The notes beneath the pieces were generated by a model. The model saw nothing but the letters and a program-made list of their open reading frames with translations. It was not told the origin of the DNA and ran no database searches. The position numbers were made by a program, and so were the translations under genes. A DNA stretch of 64,000 bases from an uncultured bacterium (GTDB taxonomy: Bacteria; Ratteibacteria; UBA8468; B48-G9; DSTR01): NCBI GenBank assembly GCA_964645405.1, contig CAZYCA010000031.1, positions 23,575 through 87,574 of the forward strand, read 5' to 3'. Below, piece by piece: positions 30,780 through 41,125 of this stretch (positions are counted from its first letter, which is position 1; each line of letters opens with the position of its first letter).

Positions 30780-33440
30780 ATGGTGGGACAAAATAGAGAC
30801 AATTATCACCTTGTTTTGTTTCCGTTTTCCTTTTACGGAAAAACCAGATATTTAATAGAGAAACACCTCAAGGGAAAAAACTTACGCTCTCTGGTTTACC
30901 TTACAGCCCATACCGGTAAAATAGTTGACTTCAAGACAGAACTGTTTTTGACATTAAAAGCGTCTGTTCCTCCTGATACTTTCACTTTAAGGTCCCTGGC
31001 AAAGAAACTGGTAGAAGAGCACTCCAGTAAGCGCATCATCTCCAGTGTAGAAAAATACATCCGCCTTGTAAGGTTGGTTTCCCGGTGTAGCCCTGATATT
31101 CCTGGTTTTTCACTTCCTGGTATGGTGACAGCTATCAGCCAGTTCATTCGTGAAATAAAGGTTCATTCCAGTGTTTCACATCTGAACTGGATTTTTTCCC
31201 GGGTGGCTTCCTATCCCTGGAAATACGAAGAAAGTAAAAAAAAGGCAATGGCGGCACTTAAAATTTTCTCTGCCTACCAGAACGAACTGGAAAAAGAAAA
31301 TCTTCTTGACCAGGAAGACATTTACAGGAAGGCTTCTTCCTATGTGAAACATCTACCTTATTCTCACTTCCTGGTGGAAGGAGTCTATGAAATTCCGGCC
31401 TACCAGCAGGAATTTCTGGCCGCTGTTTTTACCCATATTCCTTCAGGTGTTTTTGCTTTTGTGGATGGTACTTCAGCCCCCATTGATGTCAGAACACTCA
31501 TCCTTTCACAGACACTGAAGACACTGCAACAATTCCACACCTGGCAGGAAGAAAGTTTCTCTTCACTTCCTCCTAATGAAGATATCATTTGCTGGCAATT
31601 TCCCTCAGTGGAAGAAGAGGTTAAAGGAATTATAACTATGATTAAACAGTTCCTGGAAGAACACCCGGAAAGTCGTTTAGAAGACTGTCTGGTAGTCTTT
31701 CCCGAAATGCTGGCTTACCGTGCCCTTGTAAAACGTCTTTTTGCTCGTTACCAGATGCCCTGTGAAATCGTTCCGGGCGTGGCACTCACAGAGGAGCCAG
31801 CAATCAATAGTCTTCTGGATGTTTTCCATTTTCTGGAGACCTGGTCCTGGGAAGCATTAATGTCCATTCTTACCAGCCCATTTTTTCACCGTTTCCAGCA
31901 CCAGCAGGTGGAAACATTTTCTACCTGCTCCAGGCTGAGATGTGAAAGCTGTGGTTATTTCCGGGATGATTTTCAAAAGGAAGAGGGCATTTATTTTGAC
32001 TTGCTCAGGAAACTTCTCCAGTCCATGTCAGGCGCAGCAAGAAAAAGTCTTACTCAATGGTGCAGACACCTGGAGAATATTATTACCAGGCTAAAGTGGA
32101 ATTCAGGAGACGAACAGGTTAATTGTCTTTTCCAGGAATTTCTCTTAGAAGTGAAATCATCCCACCGTTTTACCAGGAAAGAATTTGTAAACTTTTTCCG
32201 GCACGCTCTTTCTCTTATGGAAGTAGAGCAGGGTAGAGGTTACGGCGTAAAGGTAAGTGGCGTCCTGGAAACTGCGGGTCTGGAAAGACATCTATGCATC
32301 ATTGGCGGTGCTACTGACCAGTCCTTACCGTTATCTGCCAGCAAAATGGATATTTTTCTCCCTGACCGGCTAAAGGAAGAGTTAAAGCTGGATACTTTTC
32401 TTTTACGGCTGGCCCGGGAAAGGCTTGATTTGCATCGTTTAACCCAGCAGAACAAGAAAGTCTGCTTTACCTATTCGTCATTATCTCAGGGCCGGCCTCA
32501 AATGAAATCAATTCTCATAAATTCTTATCCGGAAAAGGTCTGGCCTGGTCAGCCGTTTCGCTTTTCTTCTGACCCCCTTTTTACTCCTGACTTCTCGTGG
32601 GAGGAAATAGAGAAATTTCTTTCCCGGGACGGGCGCTGGCAAATCTCCGTCAACGGACTGGAGCAAATTCTGTGTTGTCCATATCGTTTCTTTCTGGAAA
32701 AAATTGCCCGTCTAATTCCTTACCGGGCGCCGGTAGTAGAAGAAGTTCCCCGTTTCTGGGGGGAGATTGTCCACAAAGTTCTGGAAGAAATAGGAAAGAA
32801 ACAGCTGGGGCAGATAATTGAGGCTGGTGCTGTAAGCGAATACAGTGAATATTTCCGGACAAGATTGAACCAGTTGTTAATCTCTGCGAGTGAGGAAAGA
32901 AAAGTCTGTTCACCGCTTATCCGGACTGTTCTTCAGGAAAGATTACCCCTGGTGGTCAGTAAATTAGAAGAAATTCTACGCCAGCATGCAGGAAGGAAGG
33001 TAGTGAGCGTGGAAGAAAAATTTGAGGTTAAAACAAACTCCTGGATTATTACCGGGAAGACTGACAGAATAGAGCAAATATCAGACCAGGAGCTGGAAGT
33101 GATTGACTTTAAAACTGGCACCACAAAACCACCTTCTTACACAGAACATGATTTTACCACCAGGCATCACTTACAGTTACCGCTTTACATCTGGGCTCTG
33201 GAAAAATTGACAAATAAAGTTTACCATGGCTCCATCTGGCAGTTGTCCTATCAGGAAGATTCTGGAAGAGGAGAAAAAAAGTATCCCCGAAAGGGAGTGC
33301 TCTCCTACCTGGAAAGGATGGAAGACTATCTGGAAGATATAGCTTCCCAACTGAAAAGCGGGCAGTTTCCTGCCAGCCCTGATAACCGCCAGATATGCCA
33401 GATGTGTCCACATTTTGCTTACTGTCGCCATGCTTTCTAA
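30780..33440 (+). CDS. AddB-like helicase-nuclease subunit (PD-(D/E)XK nuclease with Fe-S Cys cluster, degenerate Walker A)
   Basis: C-terminal nuclease motif GKTDRIEQISDQELEVIDFKTG flanked by four Cys (CCPYRF...CQMCPHFAYC). The N-terminal SFYGKT looks like a decayed GSGKT. Sits directly upstream of and overlapping the AddA-like gene. Confidence 0.6.
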   Translation: MVGQNRDNYHLVLFPFSFYGKTRYLIEKHLKGKNLRSLVYLTAHTGKIVDFKTELFLTLKASVPPDTFTLRSLAKKLVEEHSSKRIISSVEKYIRLVRLVSRCSPDIPGFSLPGMVTAISQFIREIKVHSSVSHLNWIFSRVASYPWKYEESKKKAMAALKIFSAYQNELEKENLLDQEDIYRKASSYVKHLPYSHFLVEGVYEIPAYQQEFLAAVFTHIPSGVFAFVDGTSAPIDVRTLILSQTLKTLQQFHTWQEESFSSLPPNEDIICWQFPSVEEEVKGIITMIKQFLEEHPESRLEDCLVVFPEMLAYRALVKRLFARYQMPCEIVPGVALTEEPAINSLLDVFHFLETWSWEALMSILTSPFFHRFQHQQVETFSTCSRLRCESCGYFRDDFQKEEGIYFDLLRKLLQSMSGAARKSLTQWCRHLENIITRLKWNSGDEQVNCLFQEFLLEVKSSHRFTRKEFVNFFRHALSLMEVEQGRGYGVKVSGVLETAGLERHLCIIGGATDQSLPLSASKMDIFLPDRLKEELKLDTFLLRLARERLDLHRLTQQNKKVCFTYSSLSQGRPQMKSILINSYPEKVWPGQPFRFSSDPLFTPDFSWEEIEKFLSRDGRWQISVNGLEQILCCPYRFFLEKIARLIPYRAPVVEEVPRFWGEIVHKVLEEIGKKQLGQIIEAGAVSEYSEYFRTRLNQLLISASEERKVCSPLIRTVLQERLPLVVSKLEEILRQHAGRKVVSVEEKFEVKTNSWIITGKTDRIEQISDQELEVIDFKTGTTKPPSYTEHDFTTRHHLQLPLYIWALEKLTNKVYHGSIWQLSYQEDSGRGEKKYPRKGVLSYLERMEDYLEDIASQLKSGQFPASPDNRQICQMCPHFAYCRHAF

Positions 33441-36003
33441 ATTTCAGGTTACTGTAATTGAAGCATCAGCAGGTACAGGAAAAACTCACTACCTGACAGA
33501 GTATTTCCTTTCCCTTCTGGAGAAAAAGAACCTTGCCAGAAGTATCCTGAGAATTATGGCTATAACCTTCTCGGATAAGTCAGCGATAGAGATGAAGCAA
33601 AGAATTCTAAAGCGGATAAGTGAGGTTTCTAAAAATCTTGGTGCCTGGGAATATCTGGAGCTGGAAAACGCTCTTCTGCGACTGCGTGTCTCCACTATTC
33701 ATTCTTTCTGTCGGTTTCTCCTGCAACGTTTTTCCCACCATATAAAAGTAGACCCTTTCTTCAGTATTATTGACGAAAGTGAATCTGACCGTCTCTTTGA
33801 GGAATCTCTGGCAGCCTACCTCAATCAACCCCGGACAGATGCACGGTTTTTGTCCCTGACAAAAGACCTGTCTGTCAGTTCCATCATGAGATTCTGCCAG
33901 CAGCTACACAGGACTCATCCTTATGTTTTCCTGGGAAAACCACAACCTGCGCCCCTGACCAGTCAGCTGGCCAGCATATACCAGACCGTCCGCTCTGTCC
34001 ACTGGCAACTTAAATCAGAAAATTCCTATCTGGACTTCAATGACCTGGAGTGCCTGAGCTATGAACTATTAAAGAACAATCCTTCTTCCCTGGTGGTACT
34101 GGAAGATTTTGACGAGCATATTTTATTCCTTCTGGTTGACGAGTTTCAGGACACAAATATTCTCCAGTGGGAAATTATAAAAAGTTTAACAGAAGAGTGG
34201 GTTTCCGGGCAGGGAGCCAGGGCGGAAAGCGGTCAGTCCTACGGGCTGTTAGTTGTAGGTGACCGGAAACAATCCATTTATTCCTTCCGTGGAGCAGAAA
34301 GCACTGTTTTTGACCTGGCTTTATCCTTTTTTTCTCCGCGGGCAGAAAGAAAACAACTTTCCATCAGTCAGAGAAGCTGTCCGTACGTTATTGGCTTTAT
34401 CAACAGACTCTTCGGGAGTATTGTTCCCTGGAATACCCAGACGCTGCTGCCCAACCAGGAAAGGTTCTTTTCACCAGAAGACTCTGCTGTGGAGATTAAA
34501 ATTCTTCCCGAAGGCAGCCAGAAAGAAGAAGAATTTAAATGGGTAAGTTCTCGTATCCAGGAGCTGATAGCCCGGGGGAAGACTGTCTACCACAGAAATG
34601 GGACCAGAAGACGAATCAGTTTCCGTGATATTGCCATACTGATGAGAAGGCGCGGTCCCAGTTTACCCGTCCTGGAAAGGATACTGATGCAGTCTGGGAT
34701 TCCTTATCTTGTCGTTGGCGGGATTGGCTTCTATCAGGAACCGGAGATTCGTTTTCTTCTTTCTTTAATCTTTGCTCTTTCAGATGGAAGTGACAGTCAT
34801 GCTATCTGGAATCTGGCTCACAGCCGTTTTCACCTGAGCAAAGAAAAGGTAGATTTCTGGAGACAGCGTCTCTCTTTCCTTCCTCCTGCGGAGCTGATGG
34901 AGGAAATTCTGAAGGAGATAAACTTCCGGGAAAATCTTTCCACCCAGCAGGAAGCTAATGTGGAAAAACTGTTAAGTTTGTTAGAGGGTCAATCTGCCGC
35001 CTCATTTTTCCGCAATGCCCAGAAGCTCAGAAAAGCCTGTCACATAGTAACGGAACCAAAGGCAGATATTTTTTCTGAAGACGAAGATGCTGTGAGACTG
35101 TTAACCATTCACGGTGCAAAAGGGTTAGAGTTTCCAGCTGTTTTTGTTATTAACCTGGAAGATGGTGCTGTTACGGACCATTCTCCACTTATGTATGAAA
35201 AAAATGTATCTACTTCAACTGGTTACTCCTTCGTTTTGAAACGGGAAGCTACTACATCTCAGAAGAAGTTCTTTACTGAATGTTTAACTGCAGAAGAATA
35301 CCGAATTTTCTATGTGGCAGTCACCCGGGCAAGTCAATACCTTTTTCTTTCCGGTCTGGACCGACCAAAAAGCTTATGGGTGGCAATGACAAAGAAACTG
35401 GAAAAGGACTACCCTGCCGGTACCCCACAGAGTTTTTCTTTACCAGTGGAAGATAAAACTATTCCTGTTAGAGCAGAAAAAAAGAGTTTTCTGCCGCAGG
35501 TTACATCTTATTCCGCCACTGAACTGGAGGTAAGGAGTTTCTCACGGCTGCAACAGGGAGAACTGCTGCACCGTGTCTTGGCCGAAATTTCTAAAGGTAT
35601 CATCCCTGCCGAAGAACCCTTCGTTTCTCAGAGGCTTGCTTTTTACTACACAAAGAGTCTCTGGAGGGGAAAAAAATCGTGGCTGGAGTATCTGCAAAAA
35701 ATTATTAGCCTGCTTCTTTCCCGTCGCGAAATACTGCAGATTATTCTACCCGTGCCCGGTTCTTACGCTGAGTTACCGTTTGTTATTGAAAACAACAACC
35801 AAATTATCCACGGTGTAATAGATAGAATTATAGTAAGAGATAACCGGGTGCATGTTTATGATTACAAACTCACAGGTAGTTATGAGGAAAAATACCGGCA
35901 GCAGATAGAGATTTATCTTCTGGCTGCCAGAAAGATGTTTCCTGGTTATCGGGTGTGCGGAGGGATTATCATCCTGGAGAAAGCAAGAATCATTAATTTT
36001 TGA
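33415..36003 (+). CDS. AddA/UvrD-family ATP-dependent helicase-nuclease subunit
   Basis: Helicase motifs I (ASAGTGKT), Ia (TFSDKSAIEM), II (DEFQDTN) and III (VVGDRKQSIYSFRGA). A C-terminal PD-(D/E)XK motif is present (HGVIDRI...VYDYKLTG). Confidence 0.8.
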   Translation: MLTVAMLSKFQVTVIEASAGTGKTHYLTEYFLSLLEKKNLARSILRIMAITFSDKSAIEMKQRILKRISEVSKNLGAWEYLELENALLRLRVSTIHSFCRFLLQRFSHHIKVDPFFSIIDESESDRLFEESLAAYLNQPRTDARFLSLTKDLSVSSIMRFCQQLHRTHPYVFLGKPQPAPLTSQLASIYQTVRSVHWQLKSENSYLDFNDLECLSYELLKNNPSSLVVLEDFDEHILFLLVDEFQDTNILQWEIIKSLTEEWVSGQGARAESGQSYGLLVVGDRKQSIYSFRGAESTVFDLALSFFSPRAERKQLSISQRSCPYVIGFINRLFGSIVPWNTQTLLPNQERFFSPEDSAVEIKILPEGSQKEEEFKWVSSRIQELIARGKTVYHRNGTRRRISFRDIAILMRRRGPSLPVLERILMQSGIPYLVVGGIGFYQEPEIRFLLSLIFALSDGSDSHAIWNLAHSRFHLSKEKVDFWRQRLSFLPPAELMEEILKEINFRENLSTQQEANVEKLLSLLEGQSAASFFRNAQKLRKACHIVTEPKADIFSEDEDAVRLLTIHGAKGLEFPAVFVINLEDGAVTDHSPLMYEKNVSTSTGYSFVLKREATTSQKKFFTECLTAEEYRIFYVAVTRASQYLFLSGLDRPKSLWVAMTKKLEKDYPAGTPQSFSLPVEDKTIPVRAEKKSFLPQVTSYSATELEVRSFSRLQQGELLHRVLAEISKGIIPAEEPFVSQRLAFYYTKSLWRGKKSWLEYLQKIISLLLSRREILQIILPVPGSYAELPFVIENNNQIIHGVIDRIIVRDNRVHVYDYKLTGSYEEKYRQQIEIYLLAARKMFPGYRVCGGIIILEKARIINF

Positions 36004-36059
36004 TCGGTTTTGTGGTCAGGGCGAAAAAATTATAGAATTTATGTGGTTCAGAGAAAAAA

Positions 36060-37376
36060 ATGAAGAAAAATATAAGCCTGCAAGTTTTTTGCGAAAAAGT
36101 CAGGAAAAGAGAATGCCTTGTTGGTATCATTGGACTGGGATATGTTGGTCTGCCTTTACTCCTGCGTTTTGCTGAGGAATCTTTTCTGGTTATGGGTTTT
36201 GATAGTGACCCGGAAAAGATAGAAAAGCTTAAATCAGGTCAGTCCTACATCAGGCATCTGGCTGCGGAAAGGATTCAGGCTGTGAGGAAAAATCTTGTTC
36301 TTACTACGGACATGAAAAGACTCCATGAACCAGATGCTATACTTGTTTGTCTCCCCACTCCTTTGAATAGTTCCCGTGAACCGGATTTATCTTACCTGAA
36401 AAAGGCAGCGGAAAACATTTGCTCCTGTTTACGTCCAGGACAGCTGATTTCCTTAGAATCAACATCCTACCCTGGAACCACCCGGGAAATTTTTCACTCA
36501 CGGTTTGCCTCCTCAGGGCTGAGAGCAGGTCAGGACTATTTCCTGATTTATTCACCAGAAAGGGAAGACCCCGGCAATCCTGCATTCTCGGTCAGTTCCA
36601 TTCCTAAATTAGTCGGTGGATTGACCAAAAAATGTACCAGAGCAGGACTGTGTCTTTACGGAAGTATAGTCCAGACTGTTATTCCTGTTTCCTCCCCGGA
36701 AGTTGCGGAAGCCTCCAAACTTCTGGAAAACATCTATCGCGCTGTTAACATCGCTCTGGTCAACGAATTGAAACTGCTTTTTTCCCGTATGGGCATTGAC
36801 ATCTGGGAAGTGATTGCCGCAGCCAGAACCAAACCGTTCGGATTTCAAGCATTCTACCCCGGTCCTGGCCTGGGCGGTCATTGCATCCCGGTTGACCCTT
36901 TTTATCTTACCTGGAAAGCCAGGCAGTATGATTTTCATACCTCCTTCATTGAACTGGCGGGTGAAATCAATTCTGCCATGCCTTATCATGTAGTAGAAAG
37001 AGTAATCTACGGACTTAACCAGATTGGTCGGAGTATCAAAAAAAGCCGCATCCTTCTGGTGGGTATTGCCTACAAAAAGGATGTGGATGATATAAGGGAA
37101 TCACCAGCCTTTAAAATCTGGAAGATTTTATTAAATTATGGTGCCAAAGTCCATTACTTTGACCCCTATGTTCCCCGGGTTTTGCGCACAAGGCAGTTTG
37201 AGAGAAAAGTTTTTTCTATAAAACTAAACAGGAAAAATTTGAGTCGCTACGATGCGGCTATTATTGTGACTAATCACTCCCATGTAGATTACCAGCTAAT
37301 TCGGTCCTGTGTACCGCTGGTTGTTGATACCAGACACGTCTTTTCCCGAAGGTATCGTAACGTCATTTCTGCCTGA
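36060..37376 (+). CDS. nucleotide-sugar (UDP-glucose/UDP-N-acetyl-hexosamine) dehydrogenase family protein
   Basis: N-terminal Rossmann fold (VGIIGLGYVGLPLL), a catalytic Cys region (GGHCIPVDP) and the C-terminal UDPG_MGDP_dh domain. Confidence 0.8.
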   Translation: MKKNISLQVFCEKVRKRECLVGIIGLGYVGLPLLLRFAEESFLVMGFDSDPEKIEKLKSGQSYIRHLAAERIQAVRKNLVLTTDMKRLHEPDAILVCLPTPLNSSREPDLSYLKKAAENICSCLRPGQLISLESTSYPGTTREIFHSRFASSGLRAGQDYFLIYSPEREDPGNPAFSVSSIPKLVGGLTKKCTRAGLCLYGSIVQTVIPVSSPEVAEASKLLENIYRAVNIALVNELKLLFSRMGIDIWEVIAAARTKPFGFQAFYPGPGLGGHCIPVDPFYLTWKARQYDFHTSFIELAGEINSAMPYHVVERVIYGLNQIGRSIKKSRILLVGIAYKKDVDDIRESPAFKIWKILLNYGAKVHYFDPYVPRVLRTRQFERKVFSIKLNRKNLSRYDAAIIVTNHSHVDYQLIRSCVPLVVDTRHVFSRRYRNVISA

Positions 37377-37395
37377 GAACTTTTCGCAGGAGATT

Positions 37396-37424
37396 TTGAC
37401 AGGGCAAGAAAAAAATTCTATAAT
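37396..37424 (+). promoter_or_regulatory. perfect-consensus sigma70 promoter (TTGACA-17-TATAAT) ending 9 nt before the ATG at 37434
   Basis: TTGACA at 37396-37401 and TATAAT at 37419-37424. The predicted TSS falls at about 37431, which implies a leaderless or near-leaderless mRNA. Confidence 0.45.
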
Positions 37425-37433
37425 TTTTTTGCG

Positions 37434-37991
37434 ATGAAAAAGTCAGAAAAGATAGCCGCCTGGGTACTTTCAGGGATATTAGTCCTTCTGGTGGGAATAT
37501 GGTTGAGTTTGAAGCAGGGATGGTGGATTCCGTTACCAGGGGTGCAGGTGGAAGTCTATTTTATGCGCCCGGGTCCGGTGCAGGCCCAGCTTGTTCCGGT
37601 AAGGAGACTTGCTAAGGGTAGCAAACTGGAAGAGCGCTTGAAAACTGCTATAGAACTGGTAATTTCTGGTCCGAGTGAAGAAGAAAAAAGAGAAGGATTT
37701 TATAGTGCGATCCCGACGGAAACAAAACTTCTGGATTGCCGGGTGGACAAAGAAGGAATGGTTTTCCTTGATTTTTCAGAGGATGTAGAAAAAGGCGGGG
37801 GAACCCAGGAAATGGAAGAAAGACTGGCGCAAATTGTCTTTACAGCTACCCAGTTTTCTGAAATCAGGTGTGTCCAGCTACTCATTGACGGGAAAACGGT
37901 GAAGTATTTTAGTGGAGAAGGAATTACGGAGGTAGAACATCCTCTCACGAGGGCTGATTTCACCCAGTTTAACCAGGGAGGTTCCAGGTGA
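37434..37991 (+). CDS. GerMN-domain protein with N-terminal TM/signal anchor
   Basis: C-terminal pattern typical of the GerMN domain ([11 protein letters not shown]...[20 protein letters not shown]). Confidence 0.5.
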   Translation: MKKSEKIAAWVLSGILVLLVGIWLSLKQGWWIPLPGVQVEVYFMRPGPVQAQLVPVRRLAKGSKLEERLKTAIELVISGPSEEEKREGFYSAIPTETKLLDCRVDKEGMVFLDFSEDVEKGGGTQEMEERLAQIVFTATQFSEIRCVQLLIDGKTVKYFSGEGITEVEHPLTRADFTQFNQGGSR

Positions 37992-38188
37992 AGGAAAAAA
38001 TTCATCCGCGTTATGGTGAGGCCACAATTATCTGTGCCTGTGGCAATGTCGTTAAGACCCGTTCCACAAAAAAAGAAATCAAGGTAGACATCTGTTCTAA
38101 CTGCCATCCCTATTTCACCGGAAAGCAGAAGTTTGTGGACAGCGCCGGCAGGGTGGAACGTTTCAGAAAGAAATATGGTCAAGGCTGA
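37988..38188 (+). CDS. rpmE: 50S ribosomal protein L31 (zinc-ribbon type)
   Basis: Starts MKEKIHPRY and carries CxxG...CSNCHP Cys pairs. Confidence 0.9.
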   Translation: MKEKIHPRYGEATIICACGNVVKTRSTKKEIKVDICSNCHPYFTGKQKFVDSAGRVERFRKKYGQG

Positions 38189-39260
38189 TTTGTGTTTAAA
38201 TGACGGATCAGTTTTACGGGAAAAAATAGCAGGGTTATTATCAGAATACCGGGTTTTGCTGGACAATATAACCAGGACTGCTGGAAAAGACCCCAGGAGC
38301 CTTCCTTCACTTCTAAAGAGACTGGCAGAGATAGAACCTGTGGTGCAGGACTACCAGAAACTGGAAGCTCTGTCTTTCAGAATAGCAGATTACCAGAATA
38401 TGATACAGTCCGAGAAGGACCCGGAGATGAAAATGCTTGTCAGGGAGGAACTGAATGCAGTTAAACAGCAATATGAACAACTCCAGCAGAGTATTGCCCG
38501 GCGTCTTTCTCCCGGGCAGGCTGACGATGAGAAAAACGCCCTGGTAGAGATCCGCCAGGGTACCGGGGGTCAGGAGGCCTGCCTTTTTGCCAGGGATTTA
38601 TTCAGAATGTACACTCGCTACTGTCAAAAGCACGGTTACCAGGTAGAAATTTTTAATTCTCATGTTTCCGAAAAAGGTGGATTTAAGGAAATCATTTTTC
38701 TGGTTAAAGGCAGGGGTGCTTACGGCCGTCTGAAATACGAGAGTGGAGTTCACCGGGTCCAGCGTGTTCCAGAAACAGAAAGCAGCGGTCGTATCCACAC
38801 ATCAGCGGCTACAGTAGCAGTCCTTCCAGAGGTCCAGGAGGAAGAAGTCTTTATCGATCCCAAAGACTTAAAAATTGACACTTTTTGTTCCTCAGGGGCT
38901 GGTGGCCAGCATGTTAACAAAACTGCTTCCGCAGTCCGTATTACACACCTGCCAACCGGCATTGTTGTCACCTGCCAGGATGAACGTTCTCAAATTCAAA
39001 ACCGCAGCCGGGCATTAAAAATTTTACGGGCGAGATTGCAGCAATTGAGTAAATCCGAATTGAAGAGACGTCTTGACACAGAACGAAGGATGCAGGTAAA
39101 AACTGGTGACAGGAGCGAAAAGATAAGAACCTATAACTTTCCGCAGAACAGAGTGACTGACCACCGGCTCGGACTGACAATCTATCAGCTGGACGCTGTG
39201 CTGGATGGAGAAATAGACGAACTGGTGGAAGGCTGTCGGAAAGCAGCGGAGGAGATATGA
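38175..39260 (+). CDS. prfA: peptide chain release factor 1
   Basis: Contains [31 protein letters not shown] and a PxT-type tripeptide (RVPETES). The start is set at MVKADL, overlapping the rpmE end. Confidence 0.9.
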   Translation: MVKADLCLNDGSVLREKIAGLLSEYRVLLDNITRTAGKDPRSLPSLLKRLAEIEPVVQDYQKLEALSFRIADYQNMIQSEKDPEMKMLVREELNAVKQQYEQLQQSIARRLSPGQADDEKNALVEIRQGTGGQEACLFARDLFRMYTRYCQKHGYQVEIFNSHVSEKGGFKEIIFLVKGRGAYGRLKYESGVHRVQRVPETESSGRIHTSAATVAVLPEVQEEEVFIDPKDLKIDTFCSSGAGGQHVNKTASAVRITHLPTGIVVTCQDERSQIQNRSRALKILRARLQQLSKSELKRRLDTERRMQVKTGDRSEKIRTYNFPQNRVTDHRLGLTIYQLDAVLDGEIDELVEGCRKAAEEI

Positions 39261-41125
39261 AAAAAAGAGTCCGGATTCCGACGATTATAGTTTTTTTCTT
39301 TTCCCTGGCTATCCTTTCGTTTGCTGACTTACAACCGGAAATACTCAGAAAGGGCTTAACCCTGATAAAACTCGGACAGTGGCAGCAGGCAATTTCCTTT
39401 TTCCAGCAGGAGGTCAATTCCAATCCTGCTGAGGCACAGGCTTATTTCTATTTAGGGCTGGCTCAAGAAAAAGCAGGTGATGTAAAGGCAGCCATCAGCA
39501 ATTATGAACGTGCTATCCAGCTGAAACCCGCGGAAGCTGAATTTCATTACACTCTGGGAAGGCTCTATCTTTCCTCCGGTGATGAGGAAAAAGCCCTCCA
39601 GCATTTTGCCCAGGCAGAATCGATCTCCCCGCAATCAATCTGCGGAGTTTTGTCCAGGCAGGAAAAACTTCAGCTGCTCACAAAACGTTCTGACAGGCAA
39701 ATGGTGGAAGAGTGGTTAAAAAAGGAAGCAGAACTGAAGGAGGCAAAAGAAAAGGAGAAGTCAGAACAAGTTAGGCCGGAGCAGGAGCAAGCAGCTATAC
39801 CGGAAGGGGAGGAAGAAAAAGCTGAAAAGCATGAGCCAGCCGAAAAGTTAATCAAGATCCTCAGGCACGGCAGGGAAAAACAGCGCCGTCAGGCTTCAGA
39901 GACACTTCTTTCCTACCCGGAGGGGGAGATAAAACCTTTCAGCCAGCTGCTGATCGGTTTGCTGAGACGGGAAAGAGTTCCAGACATCAGAAAGAATATC
40001 ATTTCCCTTGTAGGAATGACTAAGACACGGGAAAGTATTGATACCCTTTTAAGAATTCTGAGCAATCCCCAGGAGCGTTTTGAATATAAGCTGGTGGCTC
40101 TTTCCAGTCTATCTGGAATCAAGGAAGAAAATGTAGTGACTTCCTTGAGATCTATATTGCAGGAACTGGTAACTGCTCGTATTCAGGAGAGAGAACAGGC
40201 AAAGAAAAACCTCACTGCTGTAGAAAAGGAAATAGAAGAAATAGAAACAGAAAAGTTAACCCTGGAAGCGGAAATTACTGCTCTGGAAACAAAGAAGAAT
40301 GAACTGCAAAACAGAATTTCCGGTGGTTATCTGGAACCCGGACAGCCACCTGGTGTTCCCGGTTTACCTGCCATGGGACAGAGTACCTTAAAGCCAGCAG
40401 AAATTGTTAAGATACAGAAAGATATAAAGACTATGGAAAAACAAATTGAGGAAAAAAGGGAAAGAGTTGAGCTTTTAGGGCAAAAAAAGCAGGAGGCAGA
40501 AACAAAAAAAGGCAGATATGTGGCACTTTTGTCTAAAAAACAAGGCCAGCCAGGAGAAATTCAGCCTCCAGGCCAGCCCTGGATGCTGCAGGCAGAAATA
40601 CCCGGTTCTGAGGAAACAGAGGAAGAAAGAAATCAACAGCAGTTTGCCCTTTCCTTAATTGACGCTCTGGGGTCCTTAAGGGACAGGGAAAGTCTTCCTG
40701 TAATCAGGAATGCCTGGCAGGAGTTTGGTAATGAAGAAAAGAAAATGTCATACAGTCTGGCGCTGGCCAGACTGGGAGACTATTCCCGGATAAACGGCCT
40801 TCTGGAACGTCTTCAGCAGGACCTTCCGGAAGGGGACACCGCCCAGCAAGCAGAAGTGACTTTCCGGGCAGCAGTTGTGGAGGTAGTGGGAGAATACGTC
40901 AAGGCTAATCAGGAACAGGAACTTCTGGAACTTCTGCAATATCTGGCTGAGGAATCAACCTTTCCGGAGATAAAAGAAGCAGCTTTAGATGCTTTGGCTT
41001 TTGTCAAGGGTGAAAAAAGAGTCAAAAAAGTTCCAGTTAAAACAACGACAGCTTCCCGGCCAGCTCCGGCAGGGGTCGCTGGAATGCCGGAATTTCCGGT
41101 ACAGCCCGTTCCACCTCCTCGCTGA
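39257..41125 (+). CDS. secreted TPR / HEAT-repeat / coiled-coil protein (hypothetical)
   Basis: Signal peptide, 3-4 TPR repeats, a charged linker, HEAT-like repeats ([14 protein letters not shown]...[10 protein letters not shown]), a central coiled coil, a Pro/Gly-rich segment and further HEAT-like repeats. Coupled to the prfA stop by ATGA. Confidence 0.5.
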   Translation: MKKRVRIPTIIVFFFSLAILSFADLQPEILRKGLTLIKLGQWQQAISFFQQEVNSNPAEAQAYFYLGLAQEKAGDVKAAISNYERAIQLKPAEAEFHYTLGRLYLSSGDEEKALQHFAQAESISPQSICGVLSRQEKLQLLTKRSDRQMVEEWLKKEAELKEAKEKEKSEQVRPEQEQAAIPEGEEEKAEKHEPAEKLIKILRHGREKQRRQASETLLSYPEGEIKPFSQLLIGLLRRERVPDIRKNIISLVGMTKTRESIDTLLRILSNPQERFEYKLVALSSLSGIKEENVVTSLRSILQELVTARIQEREQAKKNLTAVEKEIEEIETEKLTLEAEITALETKKNELQNRISGGYLEPGQPPGVPGLPAMGQSTLKPAEIVKIQKDIKTMEKQIEEKRERVELLGQKKQEAETKKGRYVALLSKKQGQPGEIQPPGQPWMLQAEIPGSEETEEERNQQQFALSLIDALGSLRDRESLPVIRNAWQEFGNEEKKMSYSLALARLGDYSRINGLLERLQQDLPEGDTAQQAEVTFRAAVVEVVGEYVKANQEQELLELLQYLAEESTFPEIKEAALDALAFVKGEKRVKKVPVKTTTASRPAPAGVAGMPEFPVQPVPPPR

